Origin: Moraxella nasicaprae
GTDB lineage: Bacteria > Pseudomonadota > Gammaproteobacteria > Pseudomonadales > Moraxellaceae
Direction: 5' to 3'
Assembly: GCF_025643275.1 (NCBI RefSeq)
Contig: NZ_CP089977.1
Location: forward strand, 630,001-662,000
Length of the DNA stretch: 32,000 nt
The number at the start of each line of letters is the position of its first letter. Within the stretch, counting starts at the first letter, position 1. The notes beneath the pieces are model-generated. The model made no database searches and was not told the origin of the DNA. It was given only the letters and a program-made list of their open reading frames with translations. Made by a program: the position numbers and the translations under genes. Shown here piece after piece: positions 1 through 8,537 of the stretch.

Positions 1-191
1 AAACACCAAAAAACCAAGCCTTTTTGTCAATGATGGTGCATGATGGATTTATTAGCGTCATCAAATATCTACATTTTTGTTCGATGATAAGATTGTTTAT
101 TATCCCCTTATTTTTATACTTTTCACAGTAATACCAATTCACATCATTCATCAATAGCAGCACAAATCATCCCCATCTTATAAGAGTGCAT

Positions 192-224
192 AAAAAAACC
201 GCTACCCAAACTGACGGTAGCGGT
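192..224 (-). terminator. Rho-independent terminator downstream of rnfH
   Basis: Perfect 9-bp stem accgctacc (198-206) / ggtagcggt (216-224) with a 9-nt loop. On the minus strand the stem is followed by a T7 run (A-run 192-198 on plus). It lies 35 nt past the rnfH stop. Confidence 0.7.
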
Positions 225-258
225 TTATTTGACAAAATCGTAAGAAAATCAACTCCAA

Positions 259-633
259 CTATGCTGTTCGTTTTCGCTTATGCGAACGCTCAGCGGCCTG
301 TTGTTTGGCTTTAAGTTTGGATTTTGCTTGCCTTTGGCTCATCGGATCTGCGGACAAAGACCGATAAATCTCAATACGGTCGCCATCTTTTAGTGATTCA
401 TCAAGCCGTTTTTTGACAGAATATACGCCCACATACCACGCACGATGGTTGGGGTCGCTGTACTGATTGTCTTGGCACCATTGACCAAATTCTGCCAATT
501 CTGGCATCGCAAGCCAGCCACCATCTTGCAATGCTTGCAAAATGGTAGTGCCTTGCTCCACTTGGTATTCAGCGTATTTTTGCGTATCTTGCCCAGCATA
601 AACCACAGCAATGTTGATGGGATTTATAGCCAT
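259..633 (-). CDS. rnfH: RnfH family (UPF0125, YfjF/RatB-like) ubiquitin-fold protein
   Basis: 124 aa. The layout is typical of RnfH: N-terminal beta-grasp region (IAVVYA...VEQGTTILQAL), DGDRIEIYRSL, then a basic C-terminal tail. The start overlaps the upstream gene by 10 nt. Confidence 0.8.
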   Translation of the reverse strand: MAINPINIAVVYAGQDTQKYAEYQVEQGTTILQALQDGGWLAMPELAEFGQWCQDNQYSDPNHRAWYVGVYSVKKRLDESLKDGDRIEIYRSLSADPMSQRQAKSKLKAKQQAAERSHKRKRTA

Positions 634-1700
634 TCTAGCACCAAGCCCACCAATGCCATCAGTACCGCCACAGGCACAATGATTCGCACCAAGACACGCC
701 AGATATTGTAACGCAGCTCACTGGCAAAATTGAAAGTCTTACGCAAATGGCTGATTTTCATCACAAAACCTGCAAAAATCGCCAACAATAACACCGCCAA
801 TAAAGCAACAACGGCAATCAACTGCGACATCACCGCTGTCGGCAACAAACTTGCCAACATCGCCAAAATCACAGTCAGACCTCCGCCAACCAAGACACCC
901 AAACGAGCAATCAACTGACTGCCAGCATAATACAATAAAAATGCCACCACCAGCAACATGCCCAAACCGCTAACCACAAAAGACCATGCGTCAATCAAAG
1001 AACTACTGACCAACAATGCCAACGCCCCAAAAGCCAGCTGCGTCAGCCAAATGGGCAAAATCAATCCTGATAGTGATTTTTTAAGCTGCATACTTTGATT
1101 GGAGATACCCACCGTGCCAAACCAATATAGTCCACTGCCCACACCGACACACAGCAACGCCAATACAACCGCTTTTGCCCATTCGCCAAGACTAACTTCG
1201 CTCATGGCAGGAATTGTCACCCCACCCAGCAAAGCAATTACTGCACCCGCAACCAGCAGTAGCAAGCCAACAGGCAATAATCGTGATTTTAATAAACTTA
1301 AAATCAACACCACCACCATCACACCAGCCGACAAGCCAATGCTAGGAATCTGCACGCTTTTACCAAACTCTGCCAAATGCCCATCGGTCAAAGCAAAAGC
1401 AATGCGACTGCTCACACTTCCTGCAATCAGTAATGATATCAATACCGATAGTACAGCAAAAATTCGCCAAATCACCCCAGCATCAGCTTCACGAGTCAGT
1501 TTTTGCATGCCATGCCAAGGAGCGTCTGCTGAACGAGCGGACAATGCCACTTCGGCAAACAATACAGGCAAGCCCACAAACATTGCCCCAAGCCACAACA
1601 ACCAAAAATCCAGTTGGTGTGCCATGCTCGGTGCAATCAATCCTGTCAATAGCAAAGGCAATGCCCCAGCAATCAAAAAGACCAAATAACGGTGTGTCAT
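624..1700 (-). CDS. Polytopic inner-membrane protein, family not recognised (faint resemblance to SNF-type transporters)
   Basis: Long ORF that is almost entirely hydrophobic, with about 10 candidate TM segments. I prefer ATG 1700 over the track's TTG 1712. The antisense ORFs 1099..1689 and 1433..1720 are shadows. Confidence 0.7.
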   Translation of the reverse strand: MTHRYLVFLIAGALPLLLTGLIAPSMAHQLDFWLLWLGAMFVGLPVLFAEVALSARSADAPWHGMQKLTREADAGVIWRIFAVLSVLISLLIAGSVSSRIAFALTDGHLAEFGKSVQIPSIGLSAGVMVVVLILSLLKSRLLPVGLLLLVAGAVIALLGGVTIPAMSEVSLGEWAKAVVLALLCVGVGSGLYWFGTVGISNQSMQLKKSLSGLILPIWLTQLAFGALALLVSSSLIDAWSFVVSGLGMLLVVAFLLYYAGSQLIARLGVLVGGGLTVILAMLASLLPTAVMSQLIAVVALLAVLLLAIFAGFVMKISHLRKTFNFASELRYNIWRVLVRIIVPVAVLMALVGLVLEWL

Positions 1701-1770
1701 TTTTTTCACCAATCAATTAAAAATAAAGATTATTGTAACACAAAGCCCCATAAAGCAAAATAAAGCCAAG

Positions 1771-1799
1771 AAAAAAGCCCCCAACTGGGAGCTTTTTTT
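1771..1799 (-). terminator. Hairpin terminator after cytochrome c4 (bidirectional shape)
   Basis: Stem agccccc/gggagct (one mismatch) with a 4-nt loop, flanked by A6 on one side and T7 on the other. It lies 11 nt past the cytochrome c4 stop. Confidence 0.55.
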
Positions 1800-1809
1800 G
1801 CACATCAAA

Positions 1810-2505
1810 TCAATGCACGGCTGATAGATATTCAGACAGAATCTTGATGTCACGGTCTGATAGACGAGAAGCAACCATCTGCATCATGCCTTTTTCGCCT
1901 TTTTTGGCAGCGTCATTGGTACGCACTTCCATATCAGAACCAACTTCATCTTCACGACCTGCGGCACGGAATAGTTTTAGCTGAGTTGCCAAATATGATG
2001 CGTGCTGACCACCCAAGCGTGGGAATGCAGCCCAAGCGTTACCATTACCCTTAGGATCATGGCAACCTGCACATGGAATGACACCACGAGTCTTGTCACC
2101 GCCTAGATATAGCTTAGCAGCTTCTGCGGCAGTAGCTTTATTACCATAGCCTGGTGTCCAAGGAGCTTGATTTGCATAATAGCCCGCTAAGTTAGCCAAA
2201 TCTTGCTGGGTTAGACCAACAAGCTGAGCTTCCATAATGCCATTACGACGGGTTTTATTTTTGAAGTCCACCAACTGCTTATATAGATACTTGATGTTTT
2301 GACCACCAAGGTTTGGTTGTGCTGGTGCAGCACTAACACCGTTCATGCCGTGACAGGCAGCACAATTAACTTCCACAATCGCCTTACCTGCTTCGATGTC
2401 ATAAGCAGGTACAGGATAAGAGACAGCGTGAGCAGATAAGCTGGCAAAGCCAATCCCAGTCGCTAGGGCTACTTTGGCTAACATTGCTTTTTTTGCAGGT
2501 TTCAT
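1810..2505 (-). CDS. Di-haem cytochrome c4
   Basis: 231 aa. Signal peptide ending ...SLSAHA, two CxxCH haem motifs (CAACH, CAGCH), and an AGGAA Shine-Dalgarno upstream. The divergent pairing with engB is a common gammaproteobacterial arrangement. Confidence 0.9.
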   Translation of the reverse strand: MKPAKKAMLAKVALATGIGFASLSAHAVSYPVPAYDIEAGKAIVEVNCAACHGMNGVSAAPAQPNLGGQNIKYLYKQLVDFKNKTRRNGIMEAQLVGLTQQDLANLAGYYANQAPWTPGYGNKATAAEAAKLYLGGDKTRGVIPCAGCHDPKGNGNAWAAFPRLGGQHASYLATQLKLFRAAGREDEVGSDMEVRTNDAAKKGEKGMMQMVASRLSDRDIKILSEYLSAVH

Positions 2506-2618
2506 ATGACAATTTCCTACTAACTTGGCTAAGTCTTGGGTTTTGTTCGTCCGCTAAATTTTATGCAAAAAATCTAGCACAATTGTTATTATTCACAAAA
2601 GATTTTGAAAACAGCACT

Positions 2619-2627
2619 ATTATAGCA
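2619..2627 (-). promoter_or_regulatory. Candidate extended -10 (TGcTATAAT) for cytochrome c4
   Basis: The reverse complement of attatagca is tgctataat. It lies about 115 nt upstream of the ATG. No good -35 was seen. Confidence 0.3.
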
Positions 2628-2792
2628 AGATTTTAGTAAATTTTCCTACAAAAATTGTGGCTTTGGCAACATTTTTTTAAAAAAATTATTTTCCCATGGT
2701 GTTGTGCGTGTTTTTGTGGAGAAAAATCAGCGGTTTTTTTTGGTAAATACATCGACCACTTGATGGATATTTTACTGATTTGGTTGGCGATT

Positions 2793-2821
2793 TTGGCATT
2801 TTTGATATTTCGTGATACACT
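2793..2821 (+). promoter_or_regulatory. Candidate sigma-70 promoter for engB (TTGGCA-17-TGaTACACT)
   Basis: -35 ttggca at 2793-2798, 17-nt spacer, TG at 2813-2814, -10 tacact at 2816-2821. It lies about 40 nt upstream of the engB start. Confidence 0.4.
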
Positions 2822-2859
2822 TAGATGATTAAATATTTTTAGACCGCTTTGTGCTTAAT

Positions 2860-3543
2860 ATGACTTACGATTTTTTAAAACAAATTCATCAGACCAGATT
2901 TTTGATGTCTGCCCCCACTTTTAAACTTTGCCCAGAAGATACAGGCTTTGAAGTGGCGTTTGCTGGACGCTCAAACGCTGGTAAGTCGTCCGCCATCAAT
3001 ACCATCACCAACCAAAAACAACTGGCTCGCTCCTCCAAGACACCAGGTCGCACCCAGATGATTAACTTTTTTACTGTCGGTCATCAAGACGCACGCATTG
3101 TTGATTTGCCAGGCTATGGCTACGCTGCCGTCCCTGAAAGCATGAAAATCAAATGGCAAAAAGAGCTAGAAGAATATCTGGTGTCTCGTCAATCGCTGGC
3201 AGGGCTGGTGCTACTGACCGACATTCGTCACCCACTCAAATATTTTGATGAGCAAATGCTGCATTGGGCAAAAGATGGCGATTTGCCCGTACATGTGCTT
3301 TTGACCAAAGCCGACAAGCTCAAACGAGGTGCTCAAAAAACCGCTCTACTTGCCACCAAAAAACAACTGGACGCTCTTGGATTGCCATTTAGCATTCAGC
3401 TGTTTTCTGCCCTAAAAAAAGAGGGGCTAGATGAACTGTCAGGCGTGCTGGGCGATTGGCTGGACTTGGCAAATCTACCAGCCAAAATCCAGCAGCAGAC
3501 AGACGAAACTCCAACACCAGCCACACAAGACAACAACCCATGA
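2860..3543 (+). CDS. engB: Ribosome-biogenesis GTPase EngB/YihA
   Basis: [31 protein letters not shown] (G1 plus the EngB signature), DLPGYGY and TKADK motifs. It aligns from the start with E. coli YihA. ATG 2860 is preferred; GTG 2851 is possible. Confidence 0.9.
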   Translation: MTYDFLKQIHQTRFLMSAPTFKLCPEDTGFEVAFAGRSNAGKSSAINTITNQKQLARSSKTPGRTQMINFFTVGHQDARIVDLPGYGYAAVPESMKIKWQKELEEYLVSRQSLAGLVLLTDIRHPLKYFDEQMLHWAKDGDLPVHVLLTKADKLKRGAQKTALLATKKQLDALGLPFSIQLFSALKKEGLDELSGVLGDWLDLANLPAKIQQQTDETPTPATQDNNP

Positions 3544-4385
3544 ACGCCACACTATATATAGTCGCCACGCCCATTGGTAATTTGGGCGACATGACCACTC
3601 GTGCCATTGAGACGCTCAAACAGGTGGATTTGATTGCCTGCGAAGATACTCGCACTTCGGCAAAATTACTCAACTATTTTAACATCACCACCCCAACGGT
3701 TGCCTATCATGAACACAACGCTGATAGCCAAACCCAAAAACTCATCGAAAAACTGCTGTCAGGACAATCGGTCGCACTCATTTCAGATGCTGGCACGCCG
3801 CTCATCTCAGACCCTGGATTTCGACTGGTTAAGGCAGCCCATCAACATGGCATTAGCGTCTCGCCCATCGTTGGAGCGTGTGCCATGGTGGGAGCATTAT
3901 CAGCGGCAGGGCTTGCCTCAGATAAGTTTAGTTTCATGGGATTTTTGCCAGCCAAAACACATGGTCGCCAAAAGGCATTGGCACTGTGGCAAAACCGTCC
4001 AGAAACTTTGATTTTTTATGAAGCACCCCATCGTATCATCGAATGCTTAGAAGACATGGCAGGTGTTTTTGGTGCAGATAGAATTGCCACACTATGCCGT
4101 GAATTGACCAAAACTTTTGAGACGATTAAGCAGGCGACACTGGGCGAGTTGCTTGAATTTGTCAAAAATGATGCCAATCAACAAAAAGGCGAGATTGTTC
4201 TTGTGGTCTCAGGCGTACAAATCAGCCAAAAAGACGATAAAGACTATGATGCATGGCTGCTGCGTATCGCCCAAGAACTACCTCCCAAAAAAGCCGCCAG
4301 CATCGTTGCTGATGTGCTTGGACTCAAAAAAGGTCAAGTCTATGACCGTCTGCTGACATTACAGCAATCAACACCCAATTCATAA
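3540..4385 (+). CDS. rsmI: 16S rRNA (cytidine1402-2'-O)-methyltransferase RsmI
   Basis: The [34 protein letters not shown] start and [12 protein letters not shown] motif match E. coli RsmI closely. The ATG at 3540 overlaps the engB stop (ATGA). The longer track ORF from 3456 is an upstream read-in. Confidence 0.9.
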   Translation: MNATLYIVATPIGNLGDMTTRAIETLKQVDLIACEDTRTSAKLLNYFNITTPTVAYHEHNADSQTQKLIEKLLSGQSVALISDAGTPLISDPGFRLVKAAHQHGISVSPIVGACAMVGALSAAGLASDKFSFMGFLPAKTHGRQKALALWQNRPETLIFYEAPHRIIECLEDMAGVFGADRIATLCRELTKTFETIKQATLGELLEFVKNDANQQKGEIVLVVSGVQISQKDDKDYDAWLLRIAQELPPKKAASIVADVLGLKKGQVYDRLLTLQQSTPNS

Positions 4386-4406
4386 TCATCAACTAAGGAG
4401 CTAACC

Positions 4407-4862
4407 ATGACTGACAACAGTCTAAAATCCGCCCTCACCGAAGCGGTCAAAAACGCCATGAAAGCCAAAGAAATGGACAAAGTTAAAGTCCTAAGAAATG
4501 TCCAAGCCGCCATCAAACAGATTGAGATTGATGAACAAGTCGAGCTTGACGACAAGGCGGTACTGGCAATCCTACAAAAACAAATCAAACAACGCCAAGA
4601 GTCGTTACAAATCTACCAAACCAACGGTCGTGAAGATTTGGCAGCTCAGGAATCTTTTGAAATGCAAATCATCAGCCAGTTTTTGCCAGCTCAGCTTGAC
4701 GAATCCGCCCTGAACGACATCATCGCCGCCACCATCAGTCAACTAAATGCTGATGGCATGAAAGACATGGGCAAAGTCATGAATGCCGTCAAAGAACAAA
4801 CCGTTGGACAAGCTGACCCTGCCGTCATTTCAGCCTTGGTCAAAAAAGCCCTGACCGCCTAA
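4407..4862 (+). CDS. GatB/YqeY domain-containing protein
   Basis: 151 aa with a YqeY-like sequence (LKSALTEAVKNAMKAKE..., LAILQKQIKQRQESLQIY..GR.DLA..E). AAGGAG Shine-Dalgarno at 4395-4400. Confidence 0.85.
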   Translation: MTDNSLKSALTEAVKNAMKAKEMDKVKVLRNVQAAIKQIEIDEQVELDDKAVLAILQKQIKQRQESLQIYQTNGREDLAAQESFEMQIISQFLPAQLDESALNDIIAATISQLNADGMKDMGKVMNAVKEQTVGQADPAVISALVKKALTA

Positions 4863-4909
4863 TACGCCTCTTATCAAGCATGTCATGATTTAAGCCAATT
4901 TAATGATGA

Positions 4910-6421
4910 TTATTTTGGCTTAAATTCTTTGGCACTCATCACAGCTTGCTTATCTTTTTCTAATAATGCTGACAAAGCCGCCAATCTATCATCATCACGC
5001 TTAGCGACTTGTTGGGCTTGGGCAAGTGATTTTAAAGATTCTTGGTATTGACCATGCCACAGTGCCACCTGACTGCGGGCACGCAAAGCATGAATGGTGG
5101 CGGTGGTGATTTGCATTTCATCATCGGTCAGCTGAGCCAGTTTTTGATAAGCCTGCTGAGCTAATTGCCACGCCTGCACATCATGCGAGCCATCTTGGGT
5201 CAAATCATTGAGCAGCACCAAGGCATCGGTCGGCTGGTCAGCATGGATATGATGCTGTGCCAAATACAATCGCAAATCCCTGCGTTCAGGATAAATCAGC
5301 TGGCACGGCTTAATGGCAAGCACCGCACCTGCATAGTCTTTTTTGGCGGCCAATAAATGTGCCTGCGTCACACAAACCAACGGGTCAAATGGATTTAAAT
5401 CACCTGCCTTCATGACTTCACTCGCCTCTTGATGACGATGATTATCCGCCAAATAGGTCGCCAAAGCCAATCTTGCTCCAATACTTTGGGTGGCGTGTGC
5501 GACAAGCTGGGTGTGCGTGGTTTGCTTGGTTAGGTACTTTAATCGCCACACCCATTGGTCAAATAATTTTGCCTGCTCTTGTTTGGCGGTCATGACTGGC
5601 GGACGATAGGCACTGGCTCTGGCGGTTGCCTCGCTTAATCGCTCGCTGGTGAATGGGTGTGACTGCACAAAGCTGGGTACGAATGAGCCTTTGCCTTGAT
5701 TAAGCATGTGCTGTTTTTGTAGTCTTTCAAAAAATCTTGGCATGGCATCAGCATCATAGCCAGCTTGTGCCAAAATCTGCATACCCACACGGTCAGCCTC
5801 TCGCTCATGTTCTCGGCTATGTACCGCCGCTCCTTCGGCACTCGCCGTCTGTGACCCTGCCATCGCCACCAATGCCGCATCGCCACCACCGCCCGCAGCA
5901 CCAGCAGCAATCGCCGCCAACAACCCGCCCAACTGCATCGCCAACAGCTTTTTTTGATTGTCTAATTGATGCTCATAGTGTCTTTGGCTGATATGAGCAA
6001 TCTCATGTGCCAGCACACTTGCCACTTCGTCCATTGTTTGCGAACCAATGATAGTTCCTGTATTCATGCCAATCAGACCACCAGGTACGGCAAAAGCATT
6101 GATGCTATTATCATTGATGAGTAGTACTGAATACAAAGGTAGCTGACGCACCAATCCATTCATATGACCGCTCATCTGATGAATCACCTGCTCCGACCAA
6201 GGGTCATTTACCACAGGCAAGCTGTCATAAATCTGTCTAAGCGACCATGCCGCCAGCTGTTCATTGCGATGTTTTTCATAAAAACCAACACCGCTTGCCA
6301 GACTTGGTGCTTGAAATAAGGATTTTTCGCCTTGCCCTTGATGGGCATTGGCATTCATTGCTAACATTGGCAGACACGCCATCGCTACGGCTAATTTTTT
6401 TAACATCGCTTGATTACTCAT
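4910..6421 (-). CDS. bepA: Periplasmic M48 metalloprotease with C-terminal TPR region (BepA/YfgC-like)
   Basis: HEIAHISQRH zinc motif, downstream ...REHEREADRVG, and a helical-repeat C-terminal half. Starting at ATG 6421 gives a signal peptide (MSNQAMLKKLAVAMACLPMLAMNANA). The track start at 6463 is a TTG. Confidence 0.85.
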   Translation of the reverse strand: MSNQAMLKKLAVAMACLPMLAMNANAHQGQGEKSLFQAPSLASGVGFYEKHRNEQLAAWSLRQIYDSLPVVNDPWSEQVIHQMSGHMNGLVRQLPLYSVLLINDNSINAFAVPGGLIGMNTGTIIGSQTMDEVASVLAHEIAHISQRHYEHQLDNQKKLLAMQLGGLLAAIAAGAAGGGGDAALVAMAGSQTASAEGAAVHSREHEREADRVGMQILAQAGYDADAMPRFFERLQKQHMLNQGKGSFVPSFVQSHPFTSERLSEATARASAYRPPVMTAKQEQAKLFDQWVWRLKYLTKQTTHTQLVAHATQSIGARLALATYLADNHRHQEASEVMKAGDLNPFDPLVCVTQAHLLAAKKDYAGAVLAIKPCQLIYPERRDLRLYLAQHHIHADQPTDALVLLNDLTQDGSHDVQAWQLAQQAYQKLAQLTDDEMQITTATIHALRARSQVALWHGQYQESLKSLAQAQQVAKRDDDRLAALSALLEKDKQAVMSAKEFKPK

Positions 6422-6662
6422 TGTGTGACTTCTGATGAAAGATGAATGATGAACCACAACCAAAATACAGCACCATTATTCACAAAATTTGTCTCAATAA
6501 TCAATATTTTTGTTATTTTTATTGACAGATTGGTTATATTTTGTCAATATAAATCGCAATGGCTGGCTTGATGAGCAAACTTTGTTAAGTTTTGGAATCA
6601 TAATCAGATGGCTTAGTCAGAATTTGGATATATCTGCTTTTATTGTTGAAAAGGATAACTTT

Positions 6663-8324
6663 ATGAAAAGCACTCGCCTTACCCCTCTTTGCTTTGCTGT
6701 TGCACTTGGCTTAGGTACTCTACTAACCGCTTGCGGCGAAGACAAAAAGTCAGCCCAAGCCACCGATGCCAATGCTGCCGCCCCTGCTGACGCTAGTGTC
6801 GCCCAAGAAATCATCATCGGTAATGGTGCCGAACCTGAATCACTAGACCCCCATAAAGTGGCTGGCGTGCCAGAATCAAACATTTTGCGTCAAATGCTGG
6901 TTGGCTTGGTTTCTGTTGATGACAATGGCAAGACCGTTCCTGGTATGGCGACCGAATGGAGCAGTCCTGATAACAAAGTCTGGACATTCAAACTGCGTGA
7001 TGCCAAGTGGTCAAATGGCGACCCTGTGACTGCCGAAGATTTTGTATTTAGCTTCCGCCGTCTGATTGACCCGATGACCGCATCGCCTTATTCGTCATAT
7101 CTGGTGGACGCTCATTTTGCCAACGCCCAAGACATCGTGGACGGTAAAGCCAAGCCTGAAACTTTGGGCGTCAAAGCCATTGACGAAAAAACCCTAGAAA
7201 TCACTTTATCAGAGCCAGTACCTTATCTGCCTGATATGATGTTCCATACCTCTGTCAAGCCTGTCAATCCAAAAGTTGTCAAAGAGCTTGGCGATAAGTG
7301 GACTTCTGTTGGCAACTATGTGGTCAATGGTCCATACAAGCCTGTCGATTGGGTGGTCAATGAGCGTATCGTGCTAGAACGCAACCCTGAATACTTTGAC
7401 AACGACAAAACCACCATCAATAAAATCACTTTCCTAGCGATTGAGGCAGGGGCAGCAGAAGTATCTCGTTACAAGGCTCACGAGCTTGACATCACTTCTA
7501 CTGTACCGCCTGAACAGTACAAGACACTAAAAGCAGAGCTGGGTGATCAAGTACAAACCACGCCAAGCCTATGTACTTACTACTATGAGTTTAACCACAC
7601 CAAAGCACCATTTAATGATGTTCGTGTGCGTAAGGCATTGGCTTTGACTGTCGATCGTGAAGTGATTACCGACAATATCCTAGGACAAGGTCAAAAACCT
7701 GCTTATCAGTACACGCCAAAAATCACCAATGGCATCAAAGACTTTAATCCAGAATGGCAATCTTGGGATAAAGCCAAGCGTGCTGCCGAAGCCAAGCGTC
7801 TGCTGAACGAAGCTGGTTTCAACGAAAGCAATCCTTTGACCTTTGAACTGCTGCATAACACCAGCGAATCACACAAACAGATTGCTGTTGCTGTCAGCCA
7901 GTTCTGGAAAGAAAACATTGGCTTTGTTAATGTCACGCTAAACAACCAAGAATGGAAAACCTATCTTGAAACCCGTCGCCAACAAAAATTCGACATCGCT
8001 CGTGGTGGCTGGTGTGCTGACTATAACGAGCCATCGACTTTCCTAAATACCTTCAAGTCGAAGAACTCAAACAACAATGGTAAGTACAACAATCCTGAGT
8101 TTGATGCCATCTTGGCAAAAACTTTGGGTGGCGATGTTACCCCAGAACAGCGTGCAGACCTATATACCCAAGCCGAAGCGATACTGGATAAAGATGCAGC
8201 AACCATCTTTGTCTATCACTACACCGACAACCGCTTGGTTAGCCCAACCGTGAAAGGTCTGACAACAACTGACCCATTATTCCAATGGGAAGTCAAAAAC
8301 CTAAGCAAAGTCGCTGGTAACTAA
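6663..8324 (+). CDS. oppA: Oligopeptide-binding lipoprotein, OppA paralogue 1 (family 5 SBP)
   Basis: The internal ATG 6663 follows an AAGGA Shine-Dalgarno and yields a lipoprotein signal with lipobox LTAC. The family-5 substrate-binding protein body is shared with the two downstream paralogues. Confidence 0.9.
   Translation: MKSTRLTPLCFAVALGLGTLLTACGEDKKSAQATDANAAAPADASVAQEIIIGNGAEPESLDPHKVAGVPESNILRQMLVGLVSVDDNGKTVPGMATEWSSPDNKVWTFKLRDAKWSNGDPVTAEDFVFSFRRLIDPMTASPYSSYLVDAHFANAQDIVDGKAKPETLGVKAIDEKTLEITLSEPVPYLPDMMFHTSVKPVNPKVVKELGDKWTSVGNYVVNGPYKPVDWVVNERIVLERNPEYFDNDKTTINKITFLAIEAGAAEVSRYKAHELDITSTVPPEQYKTLKAELGDQVQTTPSLCTYYYEFNHTKAPFNDVRVRKALALTVDREVITDNILGQGQKPAYQYTPKITNGIKDFNPEWQSWDKAKRAAEAKRLLNEAGFNESNPLTFELLHNTSESHKQIAVAVSQFWKENIGFVNVTLNNQEWKTYLETRRQQKFDIARGGWCADYNEPSTFLNTFKSKNSNNNGKYNNPEFDAILAKTLGGDVTPEQRADLYTQAEAILDKDAATIFVYHYTDNRLVSPTVKGLTTTDPLFQWEVKNLSKVAGN
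6945..7064 (+). repeat. 120-nt near-identical tract shared with oppA paralogue 2 (8799-8918)
   Basis: Hand alignment gives 116/120 identical. All 4 differences are synonymous third positions. The flanks are much more diverged. Confidence 0.85.
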
Positions 8325-8343
8325 TATCAATGCGACTCATGCC

Positions 8344-8375
8344 AAATGCCCAAGCCAACAACTTGGGCATTTTTA
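8344..8375 (+). terminator. Rho-independent terminator after oppA paralogue 1
   Basis: 11-bp stem aaatgcccaag/cttgggcattt with a 7-nt loop, running into TTTT. Confidence 0.75.
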
Positions 8376-8462
8376 GTGGGTAATTGCAATATTTTTTCCG
8401 ATATTTTTTGCATAAAATCATTGAATTTTATAAAATTCGGTGTTATTGTATGGTTACGCAAC

Positions 8463-8471
8463 TGATACAAT
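8463..8471 (+). promoter_or_regulatory. Candidate extended -10 (TGaTACAAT) for oppA paralogues 2-3
   Basis: tgatacaat lies about 67 nt upstream of ATG 8538, just downstream of the oppA1 terminator. Confidence 0.3.
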
Positions 8472-8537
8472 CTTGTAAAATTGCACACACTTCTCCACCC
8501 CACCACAAGGAATGTTGGACAAATAAGGATTCTTAAT

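Noticed and set aside
1099-1689. Long antisense or alternative-frame ORFs in the track (for example 1099..1689 +, 5737..5991 +, 18918..19298 +, 19628..19927 +, 24862..25209 -, 27782..28123 +)
   Set aside because: Each lies entirely inside a longer gene with clear family signatures on the other strand or in another frame. Their translations are low-complexity (S/T/P/A/N-rich) with no start signals, so they are typical shadow ORFs.
6510-6662. N-terminal extensions offered by the ORF track (oppA1 from 6510, oppA2 from 8481, rsmI from 3456, valS from 26491, hydrolase from 17928, deacetylase from 20917, bepA from 6463)
   Set aside because: In each case an internal ATG either follows a Shine-Dalgarno sequence and produces a proper signal peptide or lipobox, or it aligns with the first residues of well-known orthologues. 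The upstream parts read through intergenic A/T-rich DNA or the preceding gene.
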